The notes under the pieces: generated by a model
Database searches by the model: none
Told to the model about the DNA's origin: nothing
What the model saw: only the letters and a program-made list of their open reading frames with translations
NCBI RefSeq assembly: GCF_006345805.1
Contig: NW_021836861.1
Location: 1 to 35,970 of the forward strand
Length of the DNA: 35,970 nucleotides
Source: Octopus sinensis
Lineage: Eukaryota
Direction: 5' to 3'
Shown here: positions 12,075 through 22,837 of the stretch, one piece after another
Numbering within the stretch: position 1 is the stretch's first letter
Layout of the letters: every line of letters starts with the position of its first letter
Program-made: the position numbers and the translations under genes

Positions 12075-12268
12075 TATTATTTACTGACCATTACACATGT
12101 TTCGTTTGCTCATAGGAATTACTAAATTGTACTTATAGAAAACAAGTAAGAAATTTTCTATTAGAAATTCTTGAGAGAATCAAATGATTTCTTACATGTT
12201 TATCCAACATGTAAGACTTTGTAATTCCTATTAGCAAACGAAACATGTGTAATGGTGACTAAATAATA
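12075..12268. mobile_element. MITE/foldback element with ~48-bp terminal inverted repeats
   Basis: tattatttactgaccattacacatgtttcgtttgctcataggaattac (12075-12122) is the reverse complement of 12221-12268 with 3 mismatches. TA dinucleotides at 12082-83 and 12260-61 could be a Tc1/mariner-type TSD. Confidence 0.75.
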
Positions 12269-12464
12269 CCAATAAATGTTTCCAATCCAACTTCCTCTTT
12301 TGTTATACAATAATCCTTACAAACTATATATTTCCAGAATGTTCAACACTTACATCGACCTCACATCACTACAACAACGACAGCAACAGCATAACTGGAT
12401 TCTGGCATTGGAACAAACAGATGTGCTTCAAAAGGACACACCTTGGATTTTAAACCTACTTACA

Positions 12465-12466
12465 CA

Positions 12467-12499
<33 letters not shown>

Positions 12500-12659
12500 T
12501 GTATGTATGTATGTATGTATGTATGTATGTATGTACGTACGTATGTACGTATGTATGTATGTATGTATGTATGTGTGTATGTATGTATGTATGTATGCAT
12601 GCATATATGTATGTATGCATTTATGAATGTATATATGTATGTTTGCATGCATGTATGTA

Positions 12660-12726
<67 letters not shown>

Positions 12727-12835
12727 ACATTATATTCAATATATATATTATGCACAGACAGACACACACACAATCACACACACAAATATGTACACACGCA
12801 CGCACGCACGCACACACACGCACACGCACACACAC

Positions 12836-12918
<83 letters not shown>
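12465..12918. repeat. (TATG)n, (TA)n, (CA)n, (AGAT)n compound microsatellite
   Basis: Direct reading. Confidence 0.92.
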
Positions 12919-13283
12919 AAACCGTGAATCTTTAAGCGGAGAGAGGATTGAAGAAATTAGTAAAGTATAATTAATTACTATACATAATTTGCAGGTGCGG
13001 TGCAGTGTTATTTGATAAGGATACGTGCCCGACGGATGTTGTTTTTGTAGGCAGCGGCCTCACCATACAAGCGCACAATCCATCGGTAAGTTCCGGGACC
13101 GAGCGTTGCATTAATGTAACGCGCTGGAATGGTGTAGAGGAAGGACCCTCCACGATCTCCTTTGTTGTAGGGTGGTGGTGGTGGAGATTCACTCGGCTGC
13201 AGCCAGAAACTAAAGACGATGCTGAGAATTAGTATAACTTGCAGTCTGAAAAATAAGAAGAAATACCATTATTAATTCTTTTT

Positions 13284-13470
13284 CGCCGGGAGAATTGCTC
13301 GTCGGCATTTCGCCCCTTTTTGCGTTCTGACTTCAAATTCCACAGGGTTCGACTTTGCTTTTCATCCTTCCGGAGTCGATAAAATAAGTACCAGTTTAGC
13401 ACTGGGGTCGATGTAATTGACTTAACCCCTCTCCACCGAACTTGCTTGCCTTGTGCCAAAATTTGAAATT
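13284..13470 (+). mobile_element. SINE family A
   Basis: gcgttctgacttcaaattcc B-box region, conserved body, tail gccttgtgccaaaatttgaaa. Confidence 0.8.
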
Positions 13471-13821
13471 TAGCAAAGGCAGAGGTATTGTTTTTTAGTG
13501 GTGTTTGTTTGACTCTGAACAAGATATCTCAAGAACCGCTGGATGGATTCGGATGAAACTTTCAGGCATGTTTGGCCTCGTGACTGCCATGAACTGATTA
13601 GATTTTGGGATCGATACGGTACCGGACATGGATTCTGGATTATTTTTCTTGTTCTTTTACTTAATTTTCGAGAGTGGTCGGGTTCCTTTTTAGTATTCTC
13701 CTTTGTGAGTGCAGTCGAGTTTATTGCAGATATTCTCATTTTAAAAATCATCTCTGGCTAATCATTGAGAGAACGTTGGTGTCGCCTTGGCAGAGGTTTG
13801 CGCTCACTGAGTGCTCTTGTT
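13471..13821 (+). mobile_element. Helentron-associated non-autonomous element (HINE/DINE-1-like)
   Basis: Subterminal inverted repeats gcaaaggc (13473-80) and gccttggc (13784-91); short tgtttgttt tract near the 5' end; 3' stem-loop GCGCTC-ACT-GAGTGC (13800-14) just after the 3' subTIR; TT at both ends. Confidence 0.7.
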
Positions 13822-13842
13822 ATTATCATTATAGTTGACTCT

Positions 13843-14066
13843 AAGGCGGCGAGCTGGCAGAATCGTTAGCACATCGGACAAAATGCTTAACGGCATTTCG
13901 TCCGTCTCTTCGTTCTGAGTTCAAATTCCGCCGAGGTCGACTTTACCTTTCGTCCTTTCGGGATCGATAAATTAAGTACTAGTGAAACACTGGGGTCGAT
14001 GTAATCGACTCCACCCCTCCCCCCCAAATTGTTGCCCTTGTGGCAAAATTTGAAACCATTATTAAG
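13843..14066 (+). mobile_element. SINE family A, full length, putative 9-bp TSD
   Basis: Full head ggcggcgagctggcagaatcgttagc to tail ttgaaaccattatt; GTTGACTCT at 13834-42 and 14067-75. Confidence 0.9.
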
Positions 14067-14125
14067 GTTGACTCTGGTAGTGTGAACAGGGCTTTAAGTC
14101 TCTATTCGGAGCATGTTTTCTTCCA

Positions 14126-14525
14126 GGCGCAAGAGTGGCTGTGTGGTAAGAAGCTTGCTTCCCAACCACACGGTTCCGGGTTCAATTCTACTTGGGCAAG
14201 TGTCTTCTACTATAGCCTCGGGCCGACCACAGCCTTGTGAGTGGATTTGGTAGAAGGAAACTGAAAGAAGCCCGTCGTATATATATATATATATATGTAT
14301 ATATATGTATGTATGCGTTCGTTGTTTGTGTCAGTGTTTGTCCCACCACCATCGCTTGGCAACCGTTGTTGGTGTGTTTACGTCTCCATAAACTAGCGGT
14401 TCGGCAAAAAAAGACCGATAGAATAAGTACTAGACTTTACAAAGAATAAGTCCTGTCGTCGATGTATTCGACTAAAAGTGGTGCTCCAGCATAGCCGCAG
14501 CAAATGACTGAAACAAGTAAAAGAG
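14126..14525 (+). mobile_element. tRNA-derived SINE family B, near full length
   Basis: Head ggctgtgtggtaagaagcttgcttcccaaccac...gggttcaattc, CORE-like ttgggcaagtgtcttctactatagc domain, internal (TA)n, tail ...aaatgactgaaacaagtaaaagag. Other copies occur in the window. Confidence 0.85.
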
Positions 14526-16043
14526 TCCTCGATACTTGCGGGTGAACAACAGAAAAACGAGGTTTTTAAAATCTTATTTGCGCAATATTTCCTCATTCAA
14601 AATGGCTTCCACACATAACTATACCATCTCGATAAAACACTTCAATGGCTTTTTTTTTTAAAAATCGATACAAAATCGAAACACTACTAAATGAATAACA
14701 GGAAGAAGAAAATGAACAATATAGCAAAAAAAAAATTAATAGAAAATGGTTAAAATATTCAAATAATTTGGAAAAAAGAACATAAACAATGGGAAAAACT
14801 ACAATGGCATCAACATCATGAACAACAACAGCGACCACAATAGCAATCATTCGACTGTAGCAAGAATTTTAAAACACTTCAGAAAAGAATGGTTACCTGG
14901 TTTGACAATGATGTCTGATAAACATGTTTGAAGCTGTTCTCTGGATTGTCTATTTATCTGATTCGACTTCCTGCTTATCTCACGTTCTATTTCTTTGTTA
15001 TCACGCCGAACCTTCTCATTGAAACTTTCCAGAACTTTCGAACTCACACACACTAATTATTTCACTGAAAATTTCGTGTAATACCTCGCTGAATCTTCTA
15101 GTAACTTCTTTTGAATCTTTTGGTAATATCTCACTGAACTTCCTAGTTATTTCAATGAAAAATTCTGGTATTCTGGTACCGAACTTTCCTTTGATGTCTG
15201 TGGGTTTTCAAGTTATCTCTCCAGACGTTTTGGCTATCTCAGACGAACTTCCGATTACATTGACAGATCTTCTGATGTTTTCAACGAACCTCGTGGTTAT
15301 ATATCTCTGGACACTCAACTTACTTCAGATAGCACCTATTGAAACATACCAGCAATCTCTAAACTTCCACTGATGTCCACAAAGGAGACCAAAGAAAAAA
15401 AATCTAATGAAAAAACTCAACAATCAGCTGTTTTTGATGTTTCTTGTAACAAGAGCTTATAACGTTTTTACACAAATATTTTCTTGAGTCAAGAGGAAAT
15501 GTTACAGAAAAAATATTTGGAAGAAAGAAGTGAAAAAGTTTAAAAAATCGGTTTGAATAAATATTAACGAAAAGTTGGGAAGATGAAATTGTTTGCAAAA
15601 AGTTAAAATGGACGTGACATTTGTCCTGTCTCCGGTTGGCGTTGTGCAAATATCTGCGGCTGGAGTTGAAGTTAACATCACACAAGGGACATTTGCAAGG
15701 TATTACTACCGTCTGTCGGTCTGTCTACCTGCCTGCCTGCCTGCCTGCCTGTCCGCCTGTTTCTGTCTCTCTTCCTCTCTCTACTTCTCTCCCTTTCTCT
15801 CTCTGTTTCTCTGACTATCTTTCTTTCTACCAATCTCTTTCATTTTCTGCCTTTCTCTATTTGTTTCACTGACTGTCTATTTTGTTGTCTGTCTGTTTAT
15901 CTGTCGCTCTCTCTCTCTCTCTCTCTCTCTTCCTTTCTCTCTATATAACTCGTCTTTTCTCTCTCTCTCTTTCTCTCTCTCCCTTTCTCTCTACATGACT
16001 GTCGTCTTTTCTCTCTCTCTCTCTCTATTTGTTTCTCTAACAC

Positions 16044-16107
<64 letters not shown>

Positions 16108-16485
16108 CTCTCTCTCTCTCTCTCTCCTTCATTCTCTCCTAGACTGTCCGTATGTGTTCCTGTCTCTCTATCTTTCTCTTTCCCTAGCTCTGAAAGTTTA
16201 TCTCTCTTTCTCTTTGACTGTTTGTCTCTTTCTCCCTCTTCTCTCTCTCTGTCTCTCCTTTCTTCCTTCTCCCTCTCTCCCTCCCCCTCTCTCTCTCTCA
16301 CTCATACTCTCTGCCTGTCTGCACCTCTCCATTTCTTCCTCTCTTGTCCAATGAACCCAAGTCGCCCCAAACGATTAAATAGCTGTTACCGTTCCTGCTG
16401 TTGTTGTTGTCGTCGTCATCAATTAACCCCAGGTCAACCCCGAACCGGTTGTCCCATATACACCGCATCTTCAAACTATCCGCAA

Positions 16486-16640
16486 TCTTTTAGCTCTTAC
16501 CTGTTTCGGTCTTTAGACTGTGGCCATGCCTTGAAGAATTTTATATTTTAAAGCATGGTACGTATTCTCTTATAGACGTTTGCCGAATCGCTAAGTTATG
16601 GAGACGTAAACAAGCCAAGACCGGTTGTGAAGCAGGAGGA
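16486..16640 (-). mobile_element. SINE family B 3' fragment
   Basis: Reverse complement resembles 14360-14520 (gtttacgtctccataacttagcgattcggcaa; gcatggccacagtctaaagaccgaaacagg). Confidence 0.65.
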
Positions 16641-16960
16641 GGGGGAAAGCACAAGCTCATATATACTACACACGTACACAATACATACATACATTATTTT
16701 ATTACTAGTTCGTCCGTCGTTGTCGACGATGACTCTGGATATTACATGAGAGCAGAAGACGGGGTACGGTATGTCCGGCCGTGGCCCAACAGTCCGATGC
16801 GTGCCCGGAGAGGCTCTACCAAACACAATTTGGGGCACAGGTGACCTGTTGGGACTAAAAGCAAGGAGCTGAATCTAAACTTGCGCAGTTCGCGTTTTCC
16901 TTGAACCCTTGCAATCCTACTCTGTTCGTAGACGATGGCACCTTTGTTGGTGCATCTCCG

Positions 16961-17000
<40 letters not shown>

Positions 17001-17001
<1 letters not shown>

Positions 17002-17125
17002 ACAGGCTTCCTCACAGTTTCCGTCGACCAAATTCACTCATAGGTCGGTGGTCGGTCCGATGCTATAGTAAAAGGCATTCGCCCAAGGTTGCCATGTAAC
17101 GCGTCTGAACCTAAAAACACCGTTC
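17001..17125 (-). mobile_element. SINE family B central fragment
   Basis: Reverse complement of cagtttccgtcgaccaaattcactcatagg...gctatagtaaaaggcattcgcccaagg matches the CORE-like domain at 14170-14275. Confidence 0.65.
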
Positions 17126-17344
17126 TTACCAAGAGAGCTTCTTCATATTTACTCTTGAAGCACATTCTGCTTCTCCCAGGACTCCAGACGTGTGTGTAGG
17201 TGTCATAGTCGTGTGTGGTATGCAGAAGAGCCGGGAAGAAGTTGGGGAATAGTTTTTGCAGAGTAAAATGCAAATGAAAACAGGAAGTTGGTAAAAAATG
17301 TTGAACAACGCCAAAAATTGTTTTCCCATCTCCTGTTTTGCTAC

Positions 17345-17352
17345 TTACACAC

Positions 17353-17391
<39 letters not shown>

Positions 17392-17828
17392 TACATACAT
17401 ATACATACATATAATACATACATACATACATACATACATACATACACACACACACATGCATGCATGCATACATACATACATACATACATACATACATACA
17501 TACATACATACATACACACATACATACATACATACATACACACATACATACATGCATACATATATGCATACATGCATACATGCATACGTACATACATACA
17601 TACATATAATACAGACATACATACATGCATACATACATACACGTATACATACATATATACTGGCATGCATGCATACAATAAATTCATACATACATATATA
17701 CATGCATGGATGCATGCATGCATACATGCACATACACAAATATGCATAACATACATACATACATACATACATATACACTTACATGCATACACATACACAC
17801 ATACACACACATACATACATACGAACGT

Positions 17829-17875
<47 letters not shown>

Positions 17876-18309
17876 TGTAAAACGTCGGGACCTACATAAA
17901 AGGTATTACTCGGATTTCCTGAGGAACTAGCAACATGAGTAAAATAAAATATTTAACATGAGATTGAAACCTGTATCGTTTGCTGAATTGCAGTTTCTTG
18001 AAAGGTAAGCATCCGGTCTGATAAAAATAACTTACCACCATATTTTCAATCAGTCAATACTATAGAGATGTGTAGAGGTGAGGTAGGCATTGTTGAACAA
18101 TATTTTAAGCAACCAAATGCAAGGGAGACAACTCGCATTTAAAACTACGCGCGTGCGAACGAACGTATGTATGTTTGTACATACATACATACATACACAC
18201 ATACATACACACATACATACATACACACATACATACATACATACATACATACATACATACACGCATACATACATACATACACGCATACATACATACATAC
18301 ATACATACA

Positions 18310-18341
<32 letters not shown>

Positions 18342-18344
18342 CAC

Positions 18345-18375
<31 letters not shown>

Positions 18376-18421
18376 CATACATACATACATACATACATTC
18401 ACACATACATACATACATACA
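17345..18421. repeat. Two (TACA)n/(CA)n/(TG)n microsatellite blocks (17345-17872, 18165-18421)
   Basis: Direct reading. Confidence 0.9.
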
Positions 18422-18715
18422 TTATTTTTATGTCAAATAACGTGTGTGCGTATTCGCATACATATGCATCTATGCATGTATAAACAATTTTACGTAAAAC
18501 TGAATGAATAATTTTTAGTAGAGAGCATATCAACATTTACAATGAAAAGGTTGACATCTCTATCAGTGTGTCTGTCCGACCTGCCTGCCTGCCTGTCCGT
18601 CTGTTTCCGTCTCTCTTCCTCTCTCTACTTCTCTCCCTCTCTCTTTCTCTCTCTCTGCCGTCCGTCCGTCCGTCCGTCTGTCTGTTTATCTATCTATCTA
18701 TCTATCTATCTATCT

Positions 18716-19822
18716 CGATGGCACCGCGCGTTTCGCGTTGCTCTCAAGCAACTCCGCCGTCCTGGTCGACCTTAAGTGACTTCAACACAACCAAATCATT
18801 CTAGGGTTTAGTGGAGGGGAGTACGACCTACGAGCTCGGGGCGAACTGGACGTCGACGAGGAGTACCTGACCCGCCTGGTTCGGGACGACTTTCGGGCCA
18901 GGGCCCTGGACACTTCCAGAGATCCCTGGCCTGGCAGTGCTACCGAGAAGCGCTACCCGTTCGGGATAAGCTCTACAGACACGGCTCGAGAAACACGGGG
19001 CCGACCTGCCCGAGATGCGGTCAGAGCGACGAAACCGTTCTGCACGCACTCGTTCAGTGTCCACAATTTCCGACCTGTGGGCTTATGTCGAACAACTGCT
19101 GTCACGTGTGGACGAGTCGGTTTATCAGCTGAGTCTATCGTCAATATTGTCAACGCCTCCTTCCTTCAAACGGGAAGGAAGAGCTATTTTCATCATCCTT
19201 GTGGCTATGGCGAAAGAATGTATCTGGTGGACGCGTCTGAAAGGATTGGAGACAAACACTTTCCTCTCTGGTCAATCTCTCATCACTTCTTCAAGTACCA
19301 CTTGAAAAGGAAAGTGAGAGTAGAGAGGCAAGTTTTGTCTAGCGAATGTTTTAAAAAAAGATGGGTGAATGTAGCAAGAATGGCACGTATGAATGACGAA
19401 GCCACCTTGAGCATAGTCCTATGAACCCAGAAATCGAAAACAGAGAGTTGCTTATTTGCAAAAAAAAAAAAAAAAAAAAGAAATATAAAATGTGACTTCA
19501 TTGACCGAGGTTACCGTGGTCTTTTCCGCAGGCTTTTCTTTCCACGGGTAAACCTCACCTGTCCTCCCCTTTACACTTCATATTGACATTTCTGTGATAA
19601 CGATCCCTATTGATCATTTTTTTTTCCTCTCCCCCCCCTTTTTTTTTTTTTTTTTTTAACCCCCCTTATTTTTGTCCTCTTTCTCTCCTTTTACGATCCC
19701 TTTTGATGCGAACCTCCCCCTTCCTTTTTTTTTTTTTTTTTTTTTTTTTTATACCTTCAAATGAAAAGCTCTACCTTGTAATTTGTTCTATCTGTGTGCA
19801 GCCTGTGTGGCTAATAAAGAAA
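18716..19822 (+). mobile_element. 5'-truncated L1/Tx1-clade LINE (ORF2 C-terminus plus 3' UTR), frameshifted
   Basis: From 18923 it reads SLAWQCYREALPVRDKLYRHGSRNTGPTCPRCGQSDETVLHALVQCP (CxxC-H-C zinc knuckle). Other frames continue DLWAYVEQLLSRV, AKECIWWTRLKG, FFKYHLKRKVRVERQ...SIVL-stop (19424). A pyrimidine-rich 3' UTR and AATAAA at 19813-18 follow. GC-rich relative to the flanks. Confidence 0.88.
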
Positions 19823-19881
19823 CATATCTATCTATCTATCTACATCTATCTCTATCTGTCTGTCCGTCTGTCTGACTGACC

Positions 19882-19930
<49 letters not shown>

Positions 19931-19938
19931 TCTATCTA

Positions 19939-19994
<56 letters not shown>

Positions 19995-20035
19995 AATCTA
20001 TCTATCTATCTGTCTGTCCGTCTGTCTGACTGACC

Positions 20036-20121
<86 letters not shown>

Positions 20122-20224
20122 ATCTATCTATCTATCGATCTATCTATCTGTCTGTCTGTCTGTCTGTCTGTCTGCCTGTCTGTCTATCTATCTGTCTATC
20201 TTTTCCTATCTATCTCCCTCTTTC

Positions 20225-20266
<42 letters not shown>

Positions 20267-20269
20267 GTC

Positions 20270-20302
<33 letters not shown>

Positions 20303-20305
20303 GCA
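19823..20305. repeat. (TATC)n/(TGTC)n/(TC)n compound microsatellite with internal 154-bp duplication
   Basis: tgtccgtctgtctgactgaccg recurs at 19861 and 20015. Confidence 0.9.
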
Positions 20306-20317
20306 TATATCTTCTCA

Positions 20318-20848
20318 ACAGTAACCACACTACAATACTCATTCCCCAACACTCTCTCCACGGTACTCGCTCTACGGTACTCACTTGATTAACGCTATAC
20401 ATTCTGATAAAAATCTGTACTCTATGGTACTCTCTTTACAACACTCGCAGCATAGTACTTTCTGCACAGCAGTAGATGTATTGTACTTTCTTTACAGTGT
20501 TAAATGAATGAACTCTCTCCAAAGTACTCGGTCCATAATACTTTCAGCACCGTACTCTCTACACTGTACTCTTTGAATCATCACACTACAATACACATTC
20601 TGCGATACTCTCACTTTTGTACTCGTTCCGAGGTACTCAGTTAATTTGCATTGTATACATCCCGAAATGTACTCGCTCTACCGTACTCTCTGTACGGTAT
20701 TTTCTTTGTAGCTCTCGCTGTACAGTACTCGTTGTGTTGTACTTTCTTCACAGTACTCTCTTTGTAGTACTTTCTCTACAATACTTTCTGTTACAGCACT
20801 CACTCTGAAGTACTTTCTCCACTGTACTCGTTCTACGATAGTCGCTTG
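20318..20848 (+). repeat. Highly diverged 14-bp minisatellite (core GTACT)
   Basis: Core positions 20725, 20739, 20753, 20767, 20781, 20796, 20810 and 20824; the motif recurs across the whole interval. Confidence 0.85.
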
Positions 20849-21024
20849 TTTTGCTCTGTAAGGAATCTAAATAAAAATTTTGGTTATTTCTCCCAAGAAA
20901 AAAAAAAATAACAAGAAGACGTATAAGAATTTAAAAAATAATGATACTTGTTCAGTTGTGGCCATAATCAGTTGAGGAATAAAAATGGGTTGGAATATTG
21001 AGGGCAGGAAAGAGATGCAGTATT

Positions 21025-21203
21025 TGGTCGTGAGGTTTTCGTCTGTCTTTATGTTCTGAGTTCAAATTCCGCCGAAGTCGACTTTGCCTTCCATCCTTTC
21101 GGTGTGATTAAATTAAGTACCAGTTGCGTACTGGAGTCGATCTAATCGACTGGTCCCCCTCCCACAAAATTTCGGCCCTTGTACCTTGAGTAGAAAAGAT
21201 TAT
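21025..21203 (+). mobile_element. SINE family A (5' eroded)
   Basis: gttctgagttcaaattccgccgaagtcgactttgcc body; tail gtaccttgagtagaaaagattatt. Confidence 0.82.
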
Positions 21204-21795
21204 TTGGTTGAAGAATTGAGAATTCTTCACATCATTGTCACTATCTTCGTTGCTCGAAGAAAGACTTCAAGAGTTGTCTACCTTGCATTACTCGTTCTCA
21301 GTTTTTATAGATTTATTTCAATACTCATCTGTCTGTCTGTCTGTCTTTCATTGTCTCTGTCTCTACCTTTCTCTCTCTCTCTCTCTCTCTTTCTATCTCT
21401 CTTTTTCTCTATCTTTCTCTCTCCCTCGCTCTGTCTAACACGCACACATACACATACACGCACACACACACATACACGCACACACACATGCTCGCACACA
21501 CACATGAATCATACACGCGCGTACCTATACGCTGCCCTCTCGTGAACGTAGGCTGCCCTTTTTGGTTGCCCTTACGTTCATACAGTCACAGCATACATCG
21601 ATGGTGAAAGTCAACCCGTGACCGAGTAAGACTGCTTCTTAAACCCGATGCCCTCTTAAGAACCATCTCGCGTTTTGTGTCCCTATCGCTGATGACGTCT
21701 CATATGGCTCCCACAAACCCGAGTGAATCAAATGACAGTCCCACATATCTTCTATGTGCACCGGAGAACATGCTGCATATCAAACATGCATACAT

Positions 21796-21950
21796 AGGCG
21801 TGGCTAAGAAGCTTGCTTGTCAACCACATGGATCCGGGTTCAGTCCCATTGCGTGGTACCTTGAGTAAATGTCTTCTACTATAGCCTCGGGCCAACCAAA
21901 ACCTTGTAAGTGGATTTCGCAGGTGGAAACTGAAAGAAGTCCATCGTATA
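21796..21950 (+). mobile_element. SINE family B 5' half
   Basis: taagaagcttgcttgtcaaccacatgg head and cttgagtaaatgtcttctactatagcctcgggcc domain, as at 14126-14280. Confidence 0.8.
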
Positions 21951-21985
21951 TATAGGCTACAAAAGTCACTTTGGTGATTTGCGGG

Positions 21986-22040
21986 ATACGACGCAGTGGG
22001 TCTGACCCCGGAATCGTGTGGTTGGGAAGCAAGCTTCTTA
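21986..22040 (-). mobile_element. Inverted SINE family B head fragment
   Basis: Reverse complement reads taagaagcttgcttcccaaccacacgattccggggtcagacccactgcg. Confidence 0.75.
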
Positions 22041-22579
22041 TTTCTTTACTGCCCACAAGTGGCTACAAACAGAGGGGTTAGACAAACGAATTAAATCGAT
22101 TGCATCGACCCCAATGCATAACTGGTATTTATTTAATCGACCCCCAAAGGATGAAAGGCAAAGTCGACCTCGGCGGAATTTGAACTCAGAACGTAACGGC
22201 AGATGAAATACCTATTTCTTTACTACCCACAAGGGGCTAAACACACAGGGGGCAAACAAGGACAAACAGACGGATTAAGTCGATTATATCGACCCCCAGT
22301 GCGTAACTGGTACTTATTTAATCGACCCCGAAAGGATGAAAGGCAAAGTCGACCTCGGCGGAATTTGAACTCACAACGTAACGGCAGACGAAATACCTAT
22401 TTCTTTACTACCCACAAGGGGCTAAACACAGAGGGGACAAACAAGGACAGACAAACGGATTAAGTCGATTATATCGACCCCCAGTGCGTAACTGGTGCTT
22501 ATTTAATCGACCCCGAAAGATGAAGGCAAAGTCGACCTCGCGGAATTTGAACTCAGAACGTAGCGGCAAACGAAATACC
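22039..22579 (-). mobile_element. Head-to-tail trimer of headless SINE family A units (174, 185 and 182 bp)
   Basis: Unit marker tatttctttact at 22039, 22213 and 22398; each unit has the B-box region and body plus an extended tail. Confidence 0.92.
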
Positions 22580-22630
22580 GCCTGCGCCGAATGGTGTATA
22601 TATATTTAAAGCATTATTTAAGAAAGAAAA

Positions 22631-22837
22631 GGCGGCGAGCTGGCAGAAGCGTTAGCACGTCGGACGAAATGCGTAGCCGTATTTCGTCTGCCGTTACGTT
22701 CTGAGTTCAAATTCCGCCGAGGTCGACTTTGCCTTTCATCCTTTCAGGGTCGATAAATTAAGTACCAGTCATGTACTGGGGGGATTTGATGTAATCGACT
22801 TGTCCCCCTTCCCCAAATTTCAGGCCTTGTAGAAAGG
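22631..22837 (+). mobile_element. SINE family A, full length, 18-bp TSD
   Basis: ATTATTTAAGAAAGAAAA at 22613-30 and 22838-55 flanks a complete head-to-tail copy. Confidence 0.93.

Noticed and set aside
21689-21730. CTGATGA as a hammerhead core
   Set aside because: No GAAA box or stems II/III downstream.
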